The position numbers were made by a program, and so were the translations under genes. A stretch of DNA of 62,466 bases, counting the filler. It is 6 parts of 6 records of this genome, joined end to end, with 100 filler letters (N's around TTAATTAATTAA, not from the genome) between each part and the next. Parts side by side here need not be neighbours in the genome. Positions count along the whole stretch, not along the records: positions 1 to 15,013 come from SRR20825010_6463; positions 15,114 to 27,045 come from SRR20825010_6471; 4 more parts are not named here. One strand, given 5' to 3'. Position 1 is the stretch's first letter. Every line of letters starts with the position of its first letter. Of the stretch, positions 9,760 to 20,464 are shown in pieces. A model generated the notes under the pieces. That model ran no database searches and had not been told where the DNA came from. It saw only the letters and a program-made list of their open reading frames with translations.

Positions 9760-10881
9760 TCAGCGGGTTCCCATTGCGGCACGAAAGCGCGACAGGGCCA
9801 TCACGAAAAAGAGACCGCCGATCGCAAGCATGATGGCCAGTTCCGGCCAGATCAGGGTGATCGGCGCATCCCGGTAAATCACGGCTTGCGAGAACCGGAC
9901 GAAATGCGTCGCGGGCGAGAGCTGCATGATCCATTGCAGAACCTCCGGCATGCTCTCGAGCGGAGTGTGACTGCCGGATAGCAGATGCAGCACCACGATC
10001 ACCGGAATCGCCAGCAGGGCGAATTGAGGCATTGAGCGGGTCACGGTTGCCAGCATCACCCCGAGGGCCGTAATCGAGAACAGGAAGACGCAGGCGCCGA
10101 GGGTGAACAGGGGCATGGAGCCGGTCAGCGGCACGCCCAGGCTGCGATGCACGACGAATTCGAGAGACAGTAGCGCGGCGACGACAATCACCAGCCCGTT
10201 CGCCCAGATCTTCGAGATCATGATTTCCATGGCGTTCACCGGCATGACCAGCAGATGCTCGATCGTGCCGTGCTCGCGTTCGCGGATGACTGCGGCGCCG
10301 GAGAGGATGACGGCCATGACGATGATGTTGTTCACCACCTGCATCACGGCGTTGAAGCGGACCGCTTCGAGGTTCGGATTGTATTTCACCCGGACCCGAA
10401 GCTGCGCTGGAGCCTCTGTCTCTACCTCCGCCCGTGCCACGAACCGGCCGAGTTCTTTCTGTATGATCGCGCCAATATAACCGGCACCGTTCCCGGCGAT
10501 GGCCATTGCGGTTGCGTCCACATTCAGTTGAAGGTCCGGAACCCGGCCCCGCTGGACGTCCTGTTCGAAATCCGGCGGGATATCGAGCACGAAGGTATAG
10601 GCACCACTGTCGAGCACCGCGTCCACCTGATCGATCCCGATGATGGCGGGTGGTTTGAAATAGGGCGGGAGAAACGCGCCACGCAGCCGGTGGGAGAGCG
10701 CTGAATCGTCTTCGTCGACAATGGCAATGGCCGCGTTCCGGAGCTCGGTCTCCACGCCGTTGGCGACCGTGTAAACACTGATGGTGAAGGTATAAAAGAT
10801 CAGTCCCAGCAGTACCGGATCCCTGGCGAGGCTGTAGATCTCCTTGATCCCGAGCCGGAGAATGATCATCAGGGCGCGCAT
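9760..10881 (-). CDS. yhhJ: ABC-2 type permease, YhhJ-like
   Basis: REREHGTIEHLLVMP motif, large periplasmic loop, several TM segments; follows rbbA. Confidence 0.88.
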   Translation of the reverse strand: MRALMIILRLGIKEIYSLARDPVLLGLIFYTFTISVYTVANGVETELRNAAIAIVDEDDSALSHRLRGAFLPPYFKPPAIIGIDQVDAVLDSGAYTFVLDIPPDFEQDVQRGRVPDLQLNVDATAMAIAGNGAGYIGAIIQKELGRFVARAEVETEAPAQLRVRVKYNPNLEAVRFNAVMQVVNNIIVMAVILSGAAVIREREHGTIEHLLVMPVNAMEIMISKIWANGLVIVVAALLSLEFVVHRSLGVPLTGSMPLFTLGACVFLFSITALGVMLATVTRSMPQFALLAIPVIVVLHLLSGSHTPLESMPEVLQWIMQLSPATHFVRFSQAVIYRDAPITLIWPELAIMLAIGGLFFVMALSRFRAAMGTR

Positions 10882-10885
10882 GGCT

Positions 10886-13624
10886 TCACCGGTCCTGTTT
10901 TGGCAGGAGGAGGGAAGAGGCGGTCCAGTAGAGAAGGCAGAAACCGGCCAGAATGGCGAGGTTCGGCGCCAGGGTGGCGGACGGCAGTCCCTTGTTGAAA
11001 ACACCGGCACTGATGATCTGGAAATGGGCGGACGGAAAAGCCTGCCCGATGGTCCGGCTGACAGTGTCCAGGGTCGCGACCGGGGTCAGCATGCCGGAGA
11101 AATTGATCGTCGGAACCAGCACGATGATCGCCGTGCCGAAGACGGCGGCGACCTGCGAGGTGGCCACGGTCGATGCCAGCAGGCCGAAGCCGGTGGCGGC
11201 GGTAGCGTACAGCACCGCTCCGGAGAGCAGGACAAGAACACTGGATTTCGGCGCCAGACCGAAGAGCAGAAAGATCATCAGCATCATGCTGAAGAAGCTG
11301 ACCAGGGCGATGCCGATATAGGGCAGTTGCTTGCCGGCCAGAAACTCGAAGCGGCTTGCCGGCGCGGCATAGAGATTGGTGATGGAGCCCAGCTCCTTTT
11401 CCCGGACGATCCCGAGCGCCGTGAGCATGGCGGGTATCATCATCATGAGCATCATCAGGACGCCGGGCGGGATGGCCTGTTGCGAGGTGAAGCCCTGATT
11501 ATAGCGGAACCGGACCGCAAGTTCGGTGAGCTGCGTCGTTGCCGCATCCGTGCCGCTTTGGGTCGCGAGTTCCGAGAGGAACGAGTTGAAGGTGCCCTCC
11601 ACATAGCCGCGCGCCGTCTCGGCCCGGGTCGTGTTGGCGCCATCCAGCCAGGCCGAGATTTCCGGTTGCCGCCCGGCGGTAAGATCGCGTCCGAAACCCG
11701 GAGGGATAACGAGCGCCAGGCCGATCTCTCCCCGCTGCATGCGGCGGTCGAGATCCTCGATTGTTTCCAGCTCCGGCGCGGCACTGAAATAGCGCGAGCC
11801 CTCAAACTGGCGCAGCACCATGCGGCTTTCCCGGCTGCGGTCCTGATCCAGTACCGCGTACCGCATGTCCTCGACATCGAAGGATATCCCGTAGCCCATC
11901 GCCAGCATCAATATGAGCGGTCCGAAAATGGCGAAGGCGAGACGGATTGGATCGCGGATCAGTTCGGACGTCTCGCGCCGGGCGATGGCCCAAAGACGCG
12001 CGGGTGAGAAGATGGCGGGTGGACCGTTTTCCTCCGGCGTCTGTTCCAGCGTGATGGCGTCATCCTCTGCCGGTGTAGCCTCATCGCTGGCGGCCTCTTC
12101 AAGATGGGCGATGAAGGTTTCTTCGAGCGTATCCTTGCCGGAACCCGCGACAAGATCATCGGGTGCACCGATGGCCAGAACCCGGCCCGCATGCATCAGC
12201 GAAATCCGGTCGCAGCGCTCCGCCTCGTTCATGAAGTGGGTGGAGATGAAGATCGTCACACCGTCATCGTGGGAGAGATCCGTCAGCAGGTTCCAGAACC
12301 CGTCCCGGGCCACCGGATCGACGCCGCTGGTCGGCTCGTCAAGGATGAGCATTTCCGGCTTGTGCAGCACGGCGACCGCGAGCTGCAGGCGCTGGCGGAT
12401 GCCGAGCGGCAGGGAGCCCGGCCGTTTGTCCATCACCTTGGTAAGATCGAAACGCGCGCCCAGCTCCCGTATGCGCTCCGTCTTTTCTGTCCCCCCGATG
12501 CGGAACAGGCCCGCATGCAGATCGAGATTCTGGCGCACCGTCAGCTCGCCATAGAGCGAGAAGGACTGGGACATGTAACCGACCCGGCGGCGCATCTCCA
12601 TGCCGTCGCCATCGACCTTCTTGCCGAAGATCCGGGCCTCGCCCTCTGTCGGCGTGAGCAAGCCGGTCAGCATCTTCATGGTCGTGGTCTTGCCGCAGCC
12701 GTTCGAGCCGAGAAAGCCGAAGATCTCACCGCGCTCGATGCGGAAATCGACATGGTCGACAGCGGTGAAATCGCCGAATTTCATGACCAGTCCGGAGGCT
12801 TCGATCGCGGGCGCGTCGCCGTTCTGCGCCATACTCTCCGGCTTCGGGCGAGGGATGAAGCCGGTATCCCCATCCCGGTGTGGCAGCAGGGCAAGAAAGG
12901 CGTCTTCCAGACTGTCGGCTTTGGCCTGCGCCTTCAGCTCTTCCGGTGATCCCTCGGCCAGGATGGCGCCGTCATGCATGGCGATCAGATGCTCGAAGCG
13001 CTCGGCTTCTGACATGTAGGCGGTGGCGGTGAGAATCGTCATCCAGGGGCGGCGTCTCTGGATGCGGGCGATCAGCTCCCAGAACTGGCGGCGGGAGAGG
13101 GGATCGACACCGGTGGTCGGCTCGTCGAGGATCAGCAGATCGGGGTCATGGATCAGCGCGCAGCAGAGCGCCAGTTTCTGCTTCATGCCGCCGGAAAGTT
13201 TCTCCGCCGGCCGGTCGCGGAACGGGGAAAGCCCGGTGGCGTGCAGCAATTCCTCCGCCCGTTCCCGCCGCTCGTTCTCGGGCTGGTCGTAAAGCCGGGC
13301 GAAGAAGTCGAGATTCTCGGCGACGGAGAGTGTGGGATAGAGGTTCTTGCCAAGGCCCTGCGGCATATAGGCGATGCGGCTGCAAACACGGCGCCTGTGA
13401 TCCTTGCGCCGCAAATCGCCGCCGAACAGTTCCACCGTTCCGTTCTGGATCTTCTTGGTTCCGGAGAGCAGTGCCAGCAAGGTTGATTTACCGACGCCGT
13501 CCGGGCCGATCACGGCAATGGTTGAGCCGGACGGGATTTCGAGATCCACCTCGCGCAGCGCGTCCGTCTGCCCGTAGCGGTGGGAAATTCCCGAAAGCCG
13601 TATGGGAGGGGCGGTGTCAGCCAT
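10886..13624 (-). CDS. rbbA: Ribosome-associated ATPase/ABC transporter RbbA (two NBDs fused to an ABC-2 permease)
   Basis: GPDGVGKST and GSNGCGKTT Walker A motifs, RIAYMPQGLGKNLYPTLSV, LDEPT twice, C-terminal permease with REKELGSITN. Confidence 0.93.
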   Translation of the reverse strand: MADTAPPIRLSGISHRYGQTDALREVDLEIPSGSTIAVIGPDGVGKSTLLALLSGTKKIQNGTVELFGGDLRRKDHRRRVCSRIAYMPQGLGKNLYPTLSVAENLDFFARLYDQPENERRERAEELLHATGLSPFRDRPAEKLSGGMKQKLALCCALIHDPDLLILDEPTTGVDPLSRRQFWELIARIQRRRPWMTILTATAYMSEAERFEHLIAMHDGAILAEGSPEELKAQAKADSLEDAFLALLPHRDGDTGFIPRPKPESMAQNGDAPAIEASGLVMKFGDFTAVDHVDFRIERGEIFGFLGSNGCGKTTTMKMLTGLLTPTEGEARIFGKKVDGDGMEMRRRVGYMSQSFSLYGELTVRQNLDLHAGLFRIGGTEKTERIRELGARFDLTKVMDKRPGSLPLGIRQRLQLAVAVLHKPEMLILDEPTSGVDPVARDGFWNLLTDLSHDDGVTIFISTHFMNEAERCDRISLMHAGRVLAIGAPDDLVAGSGKDTLEETFIAHLEEAASDEATPAEDDAITLEQTPEENGPPAIFSPARLWAIARRETSELIRDPIRLAFAIFGPLILMLAMGYGISFDVEDMRYAVLDQDRSRESRMVLRQFEGSRYFSAAPELETIEDLDRRMQRGEIGLALVIPPGFGRDLTAGRQPEISAWLDGANTTRAETARGYVEGTFNSFLSELATQSGTDAATTQLTELAVRFRYNQGFTSQQAIPPGVLMMLMMMIPAMLTALGIVREKELGSITNLYAAPASRFEFLAGKQLPYIGIALVSFFSMMLMIFLLFGLAPKSSVLVLLSGAVLYATAATGFGLLASTVATSQVAAVFGTAIIVLVPTINFSGMLTPVATLDTVSRTIGQAFPSAHFQIISAGVFNKGLPSATLAPNLAILAGFCLLYWTASSLLLPKQDR

Positions 13625-14603
13625 TGCGCGGAGGCAGCTTGACGGCGAATTCCTCTGGCCAGGGCATGTCGGGGTCCGTGCGGACGATAGCAACGCCCGG
13701 AATGCCAGCTTTCACCAGGCGTTCGTATCCTTCGAGCATGTCCGCCGGGATCGTGACCTTGACCCGGAACATCAGCTTGTCCCGCTCGCTCTCGGTTTCC
13801 ACGTAACGCGGGGTGAACTGCGCTTCCGAGGCGACGAAGGTGACCGTGGCCGGGACGACATAGTCCGGGGCCGCATCGAAGATCAGCCGGGCTTCCGCAC
13901 CGTAGGCGAGCCGCCCGGCATCGCGTGTCGGCAGATAGACCGTCATGTAAACCCGTTTCAGGTCGAGCATGGTGGCGACCTTGCCGCCCGCGGCGATCAC
14001 CTCGCCCGGCTCCGCCAGCCGGTACTGGATACGCCCGGCGACTGGTACGGTAATTTCATATTCCCCGAGATCGGCGCGAATGCGCTCGACCGTCGCCTCG
14101 CGGGCCGCGATCGTCGCTTCCGCCCGGGCGATACCCGCTTCGGCGGATCTGACCGCAGCGGCGGCCGTTGCGCGCTGGCTGCGGCGGCGGTCCATGGTCT
14201 CGCCGCTGGCGAAGCCCCGCTCGCCGAGTGTCTCGGACCGGTGCATTTCCTGATCCGCCAGCACCAGCTCGCTCTGGCGCTGGGCCAGCACGGCGCGCGC
14301 TTCGTTCAGCGCCTCCCTGGCTTGCAGGACGGCGGCGTCTGCTTCCCGGAGCTGGGCTTCGATTTCCGTTGAATCCAGATGGGCGAGGGGCTGTCCCTGG
14401 GTGACCATTTCGCCTTCGGTCACCAGCACATCCCGGATGCGGCCGGAGAATTTGCTGGCGATATCGACCCGCTCGGCCTCAAGCCGGCCATTGGCGCGGG
14501 CAAAGCCTTCCGGCAGGCCGCTGTCGCGTCCGCTGTACCAGTAGAACCCGCCGGCGATCGCGGCGAGCACAAGCGCTATCAGAATGGTGCGGTAACCGAG
14601 CAT
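13617..14603 (-). CDS. yhiI: HlyD-family membrane fusion protein, YhiI-like
   Basis: N-terminal TM, NGRLEAE, coiled coil, AQFTPRYVET...KLMFRVKV; overlaps the rbbA start. Confidence 0.9.
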   Translation of the reverse strand: MLGYRTILIALVLAAIAGGFYWYSGRDSGLPEGFARANGRLEAERVDIASKFSGRIRDVLVTEGEMVTQGQPLAHLDSTEIEAQLREADAAVLQAREALNEARAVLAQRQSELVLADQEMHRSETLGERGFASGETMDRRRSQRATAAAAVRSAEAGIARAEATIAAREATVERIRADLGEYEITVPVAGRIQYRLAEPGEVIAAGGKVATMLDLKRVYMTVYLPTRDAGRLAYGAEARLIFDAAPDYVVPATVTFVASEAQFTPRYVETESERDKLMFRVKVTIPADMLEGYERLVKAGIPGVAIVRTDPDMPWPEEFAVKLPPRNG

Positions 14604-14714
14604 TCCGCAGCTCCCTCAATCGTTACCGGTGTCATCCGGATTCACTGTAGGGGAGATATCACCTGATGCAAAAAAGGGAATTGCGCCAGATCAATTACGA
14701 TGCGGAAAGGCCGC

Positions 14715-15013
14715 TCAGGCGAGGCCTTTTTTGCCCATGTCGAGGAACTTGCGGCGGCGGTCCGCCTTCAGCTTGCCGCCTTCCGTGCCGACGAGGGTGC
14801 GGAGATTGGCCTCCACGGCATCGCCCAGCGCGTCGAGGGCGGTTTCCTGATTGCGGTGCGCTGCGCCAAGAGGCTCTTTCACGATCTCGTCGATCACGCC
14901 GAGTTTCAGCAGATCGTCGGAAGTCAGTTTCAGTGCCTCGGCTGCATCGCGGGCATGGTCGCCGTCGCGCCAGAGAATGGACGCGCAGCCTTCCGGCGAG
15001 ATCACGGAATAGA
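14715..15013 (-). CDS. accA: Acetyl-CoA carboxylase carboxyltransferase alpha, C-terminal fragment (5' end lost at contig end)
   Basis: [15 protein letters not shown] and EPLGAAHR. Confidence 0.93.
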
Positions 15014-15113
15014 NNNNNNNNNNNNNNNNNNNNNNNNNNNNNNNNNNNNNNNNNNNNTTAATTAATTAANNNNNNNNNNNNNNNNNNNNNNNNNNNNNNN
15101 NNNNNNNNNNNNN
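15014..15113. other. Artificial contig spacer
   Basis: 44 N + TTAATTAATTAA (stops in all six frames) + 44 N. Confidence 0.98.
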
Positions 15114-16481
15114 ATTCATTGGTGTGCGGATTTCATGGCTCATCGTGGCTAGGAATGTGGATTTGGCCTGATTTGCCCTTTCCGCAGCTTCCTTGGCTGC
15201 TGCGAGTTCCTGGGCGGTCGCGTCGAGTTTTACCCGCTCTTTTTCTAGTTTGGCTTTCGTCGCTTCCAGCTCACGCAACCGGTCCTCAGTTTCACTCTGA
15301 CTTGTCTTAAGGGCCTTCTCAGCTGTCTTGAACGCTGTGATATCGGTTTCAACCACAATGAAGTTCTTGATTTCGCCGTCTGCGCTGCGCACTGGACGTG
15401 CCTCGATGGCTGCCCAATAGTGCTCCCCGTCATGAGTTTGGTTCTGGGCTTCGATATTACACCCGATGCCGAAGCGCAGGCTTTGCGCCAAAACGCTCAC
15501 CGCGCCGATAAGCTTTTTGTCGTTGAGAATGTCGGCAGGCGTGCGGCCTTCTATTTCTTCACGAGAAAAACCGGTTTTCTTTGTAAAGCCTTCATTGACC
15601 CAGATAATGCGTCCGCTGTGGTCAGCGATGATCACACCTGCATGTGTGCCATTTGCGACTTGTGCGAGATTTTCGTTTTTCTCGTTCGCCCTTTCCAGTT
15701 CACCGAAGACATGCGCAAAGAGGTCCGACAAAGTGCCAATCTCGTTTCGAGGCATGTTGGATGGCTGGACAAAGGTTCCATCTTTGCGGCTGGCATTAAC
15801 TGCCTTTTCCAGTTGAGCCAGCGGGTTTAATACGCTTCTACGGACGATGATGAAAATCAGTACGAGCAGAATCAGCATGACGCCCACGCGGCGCATGGTG
15901 GAGCCAATCACTGTGTTGATAATTTCGTCGCGGACGGTTGTGAGATTGATTGCCACCATCATGCTCACACCCAATCGGGGAAGGGGCACAATATGGGCGC
16001 GCATGGGTTTGCCTTCGGCGAGGAAGTCTACGTCATGCGAGAGATGATCGTCAAAGCTCTGGGCTAGCGTTTCACGAATGTCCGCATTGGACTTCAGCGC
16101 ATTAGTGCCAAGTTGGTTTGCTTCGACATTATGGGTGGCGCCCACCACGATTTCGCCTTGCGGATCGATGAGATAGATCAGCTCAACATTGTCGATGCGG
16201 TGAATATTCCATTCGGCAATTTCACGCGCCTCGTCAATTGAGAAGCTTCTATCGATCTTCGACAATAGCGAGAAGTTTCCGGCAACAGTTTCCGCAGTCT
16301 GTTCTACCTGATCCAGCAGCATGCGTCGCATGTTCTGGTATTCGAGCGCGAATTGAACTGTTGTCAGTACCGCACAAACGATGATGAAGCGGACAGCAAA
16401 GGTGCGCGTAAGTTTGGGCAATTGAAAATTGGATAGCTTGAATAGACGATTTTTCTCAAACAAGTGTGACCTCCCGCGCAC
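15114..16481 (-). CDS. Membrane sensor histidine kinase with HAMP and PAS domains, truncated just after the H-box
   Basis: Two TM segments, HAMP (RNEIG), PAS ([12 protein letters not shown]...VETDIT), coiled coil, [17 protein letters not shown]. The start codon is uncertain. Confidence 0.9.
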
Positions 16482-16617
16482 TTGCGAGCGGCCGCGTCAG
16501 TCTGCAAGAGGTGCTACGCCCAATCATTATCCACGCGAAACGCGTCATGTCTTCATGCCACTTCGAAATACCCTTCCTATTTCTAATGTGACCGGGGTTA
16601 ATGTGGATTAAATCGAA

Positions 16618-17559
16618 CTACTCATCGGCTTGTTTTTTTGTATGGCCTTCAGAGAGCTTAAGGCGCAGAAATGCTCCGATTTCGGACAGTGCAACGCGAG
16701 CCTCAGGCACAAATTGGGCAGCCTGGAAGACATGAGGCAGACCCTGCCAGACCTTTAGTTGGACAGACACCCCGGCTGCTTGTGCCCGCTCGGCAAGTCT
16801 TAATGAATCATCAAGAAGGATTTCGTTGCTGCCAACATGGATGAGTAGCGGCGGCAAACCTTCAAATCGTCCGTAAAGTGGGGAGGCCAGTGGCGTTGTG
16901 GGTGAGGCGGTTCCCAAATAGTGACGTGCGCCGAGCAAAGCACCTTCCACCGACAGCATAGGGTCGAGTTTGCGATGGGTGATGTGCGACCAGCCGGACA
17001 TGGCAAGGTCGGTCCAAGGCGATAGCAGGGCTGCGGCGGCGGGAAGTGGTTCGCCGGCGTCGCGCAGTGCCAATAGTAGTGCAAGGGTCAGTCCGCCGCC
17101 TGCACTGTCACCAGCCACCGTGATGGCGCTTGCCGGCGTGCCCTGTGCGATCAGCCAGCGATAGGCTTTCAGTGCATCATCGACCGCTGCGGGGAAAGGA
17201 TGTTCGGGAGCCAACCGGTAGTCGATAACAAGCGCTTTCAGCCCAGCATTTTTTGCCAGCGTTGCCACCATGCCCCGATGGGTGTCTGGTCCACAGAGTA
17301 TATACCCCCCACCATGCAGATAGAGCAGTGTTTCAGCGTTGCTTGTCACATCATTTAGATTTTTCGGGCGTAACCATTCGGCAGGTATGCCCTCAATCTC
17401 GAGTGTCTCGATATCGATGCCGGAGGGCATGCGGGAAAATTTTCTGGCCATCCGGTTCACCTTTTCGCGAATGACCGCCGGATTTGCTTTAGGGTCGATT
17501 GGGCGTGCCGTCATCACGCGCAGAATACGGTCGAGAACCCGACTTCTGAAACTGGCCAT
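16618..17559 (-). CDS. Alpha/beta hydrolase, hormone-sensitive-lipase family esterase
   Basis: HGGG oxyanion motif, DYRLAPEHPFPAA, GDSAGG nucleophile elbow, E/D-x-L-x-D and PHVF. Confidence 0.93.
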   Translation of the reverse strand: MASFRSRVLDRILRVMTARPIDPKANPAVIREKVNRMARKFSRMPSGIDIETLEIEGIPAEWLRPKNLNDVTSNAETLLYLHGGGYILCGPDTHRGMVATLAKNAGLKALVIDYRLAPEHPFPAAVDDALKAYRWLIAQGTPASAITVAGDSAGGGLTLALLLALRDAGEPLPAAAALLSPWTDLAMSGWSHITHRKLDPMLSVEGALLGARHYLGTASPTTPLASPLYGRFEGLPPLLIHVGSNEILLDDSLRLAERAQAAGVSVQLKVWQGLPHVFQAAQFVPEARVALSEIGAFLRLKLSEGHTKKQADE

Positions 17560-17702
17560 AAGAGTTTCCTTCTGCATAGGCCTTTCAGCCAGTTCTTGGT
17601 TTGGGCGGATTTCATAGGTTGAACCCGTCACTTGTTTGATAATCCTAGATGCGGCACCGTCGCGTTACCAGTCATCCCATTGCACGCTCATCAGGAGTTT
17701 TA

Positions 17703-20396
17703 ATGTCCATTCGGAATCTTGAACGCATGTTTGCGCCGCGTTCCGTCGCTCTTGTGGGGGCAAGTTCGCGTGAGGGGAGTGTCGGCAATTTGCTTCTTCG
17801 TAATTTGTCCACGGCGGGTTTCGAGGGCGAAATCATGGCTGTCAATCCTCATGCCGCTGCTTATGGAGAGGTGAGGGCTTATCGGGATGTGGCATCATTG
17901 CCTCATGCGCCGGATCTCGCCGTTATCGCCACGCCACCGGCGAGCGTGCCAGCTATCGTTGCTGATCTTGCAGCACTTGGCACACGGGCGGCTGTGGTCA
18001 TCACCGCGGGGTTTGGCGAGCTTGGTGATGAAGGGCGGGCCCTTCAGGCGCAAATGCTGGAGGCAGCTAGGCCTGATCTCTTACGTATTGTTGGCCCCAA
18101 TTGCCTCGGCCTTATGGTGCCGGGTGTCGGGTTGAATGCCTCCTTCGCTCACCTCAATCCCTTGAAGGGGGACATTGCATTTCTGTCGCAGTCCGGCGCT
18201 GTGGTGACAGCAATGCTTGATTGGGCAACCACGCGGGGTATTGGCTTTTCGCATATTGTCTCGCTGGGCGGCATGTCTGATGTCGACTTTGGCGATATGC
18301 TTGATTTTCTCGCCCATGATCCACAAACGCGTTCGATCCTTCTTTATGTCGAACAGATTACAGAGGCGCGCAAATTCATGTCAGCGGCGCGTCAGGCGGC
18401 ACGTTTGAAGCCGGTTCTGGTTATCAAATCGGGGCGTCATGCGGAGGCCGCCAAAGCGGCTGCATCGCATACCGGCGCGTTGGCGGGGTCGGATGAGGTT
18501 TATCAAGCGGCTTTCCGTCGGGCCGGTATGTTGCGGGTCAATGGTATTGAAGACTTGTTTGATGCAGTCGAAACGCTTTCCACGCGGCCTGAACGGCGAC
18601 CGCTGACAGGTAACCGGCTCACCATTCTCACCAACGGCGGCGGCATCGGTGTGCTGGCCACAGATTTTGTTCTGGACGAGGGGGGGAGATTGGCCTCGCT
18701 TTCACCCGAAACGGTGGAGAAACTCAACGCGGTACTACCCCGAACATGGAGCCACGCGAACCCCGTCGATATTATCGGAGATGCTTCTGCGGAGAGATAT
18801 GCATCGTCCATCGGTATTCTGCTTGATGACCCAGATACTGATGCTTTGCTGGTGCTGAACTGCCCCACTGCGACCGTTGATAATGTGGAGGCGGCGAAAG
18901 CCGTTGCCGATGCTGTCCAGAACAGCCACAAGCCCGTATTCACAAGCTGGCTTGGCGATCAAGGTGCGCGGGCAGGGCGGCAGGTCTTTCTGGATCGTAA
19001 GGTGCCTACCTATGACACACCGGAGCAGGCCGTCCACGCTTTCATGCTCCAGTTGCGCTATCAGCGAAACCAGAAATTGCTGATGGAACTACCGCCTGCC
19101 GGTCCTGCTTGGCCGGACCGCGATGTCGTTGTCGCCCGCGAGATTGTGGCGACGGCATTGGCTGAACGGCGTGAATGGCTAAACGAATGGGAGGCTAAAG
19201 CGCTACTGGCGGCATATGGCATTCCGGTGGTTGAAACGCGTATTGTGCATGACGCTGAGGAAGCTGCGGCGGTTGCAATGGAGCTCGGATTTCCGGTGGC
19301 ACTCAAAATTCTCTCGCCGGATATTACGCACAAGACCGATGTAGGTGGTGTGGTTCTCGATCTGGAAAATGCCGAGGCGGTGCGCAAAGCCGCCAATCTC
19401 ATGCTTGAGAATGTTGCTATGATGGCGCACGGTGCGCGGGTTGAGGGCTTTACTGTTCAGCGCATGGTCAGCCGCCCTTCGGCATTTGAGCTTATTCTCG
19501 GCATTGTCGATGACGCCACATTCGGACCTGTTATCTTGTTCGGGCAGGGCGGCACAGCCGTCGAGATCATCCGCGACAAGGCCATGGGCCTGCCGCCGCT
19601 CAACCGTGTGCTGGCTGATGATTTGATCCGCAGCACCCGCATTTCAAAATTGCTGGCAGGCTACCGTGATCGAAAGCCTGCTGATTTGGACGCGATTGCG
19701 GGAGCATTGATGGCGCTGGGCGATCTGGCAGCAGATCTGTCGGAAGTCTGCGAGTTGGATATCAATCCGCTCTGGGCGGACCAGCATGGCATTATTGCGC
19801 TTGATGCACGCGTACGGGTGCGGCCATCCGGTGGACGCGAGGATACGCGTCGCTTTGCTGTGCGTCCCTATCCCTCCGATCTTGAAGGCTACTTGGAAGT
19901 GCGAGACGGCACGGTGTTTCCTATGCGCCCGATCCGGCCGGAAGATTCACCCCTCATCGACGTGCTGTTGGAACATACCGACCCCGAAGATTCACGCATG
20001 CGGTTCCTCTCGCCTTTGCGCCGTTTGCCACGACAGCTCGCCGCTCGTCTCACGCAAATCGATTATGATCGCGAGATGGCTTTTGTCGTTTTCAAGGATG
20101 AAAGCAAAGCGGAAGTAGCTGTGGTCGGTCGCTTGTCGGAAAGTCCGGGTCGGGAGCGTGCCGAATATGCGATCCTTGTGCGCAGCGACCAGCAGGGACG
20201 CGGTCTGGGCTATGCGATGATGGAGCATCTCATCGAATATGCCCAACTGCGCGGTGTCGGCGAGGTTTATGGGCACGTATTGCGCGAGAACAGTTCCATG
20301 CTTGATATGTGTGCCGAGTTTGGATTTACACGGACGACGCTATCGGGCGAGCCCGGTGTTCTGGAAGTTGTCCTTGATCTGACAGCCGAGGATTGA
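17703..20396 (+). CDS. pat: Pat/PatZ-type protein lysine acetyltransferase (NDP-forming acyl-CoA synthetase-like domains + C-terminal GNAT)
   Basis: CoA-binding N-terminus, GPNCLG, SQSGA, SHTGALAG, NPVDI, ATP-grasp (HKTDVGGV, ELDINP), GNAT (AEYAILV, QQGRGLG); AGGAG RBS. Confidence 0.9.
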   Translation: MSIRNLERMFAPRSVALVGASSREGSVGNLLLRNLSTAGFEGEIMAVNPHAAAYGEVRAYRDVASLPHAPDLAVIATPPASVPAIVADLAALGTRAAVVITAGFGELGDEGRALQAQMLEAARPDLLRIVGPNCLGLMVPGVGLNASFAHLNPLKGDIAFLSQSGAVVTAMLDWATTRGIGFSHIVSLGGMSDVDFGDMLDFLAHDPQTRSILLYVEQITEARKFMSAARQAARLKPVLVIKSGRHAEAAKAAASHTGALAGSDEVYQAAFRRAGMLRVNGIEDLFDAVETLSTRPERRPLTGNRLTILTNGGGIGVLATDFVLDEGGRLASLSPETVEKLNAVLPRTWSHANPVDIIGDASAERYASSIGILLDDPDTDALLVLNCPTATVDNVEAAKAVADAVQNSHKPVFTSWLGDQGARAGRQVFLDRKVPTYDTPEQAVHAFMLQLRYQRNQKLLMELPPAGPAWPDRDVVVAREIVATALAERREWLNEWEAKALLAAYGIPVVETRIVHDAEEAAAVAMELGFPVALKILSPDITHKTDVGGVVLDLENAEAVRKAANLMLENVAMMAHGARVEGFTVQRMVSRPSAFELILGIVDDATFGPVILFGQGGTAVEIIRDKAMGLPPLNRVLADDLIRSTRISKLLAGYRDRKPADLDAIAGALMALGDLAADLSEVCELDINPLWADQHGIIALDARVRVRPSGGREDTRRFAVRPYPSDLEGYLEVRDGTVFPMRPIRPEDSPLIDVLLEHTDPEDSRMRFLSPLRRLPRQLAARLTQIDYDREMAFVVFKDESKAEVAVVGRLSESPGRERAEYAILVRSDQQGRGLGYAMMEHLIEYAQLRGVGEVYGHVLRENSSMLDMCAEFGFTRTTLSGEPGVLEVVLDLTAED

Positions 20397-20416
20397 TGGT
20401 TGTAAAAAACAGATTA

Positions 20417-20445
20417 GGGGCGTTTTCCGACCTGGAAGACGCCCC
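20417..20445 (-). terminator. Hairpin between the convergent pat and ibpA genes, probable terminator
   Basis: GGGGCGTTTTCC-gacct-GGAAGACGCCCC; a T-run follows on the minus strand after a few bases. Confidence 0.6.
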
Positions 20446-20464
20446 CAACTGTGTTCAGTTCTGT

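Noticed and set aside
15058-15069. Palindromic TTAATTAATTAA repeated five times across the window
   Set aside because: Always centred in identical N-runs. It is a six-frame-stop assembly linker, not a biological repeat.
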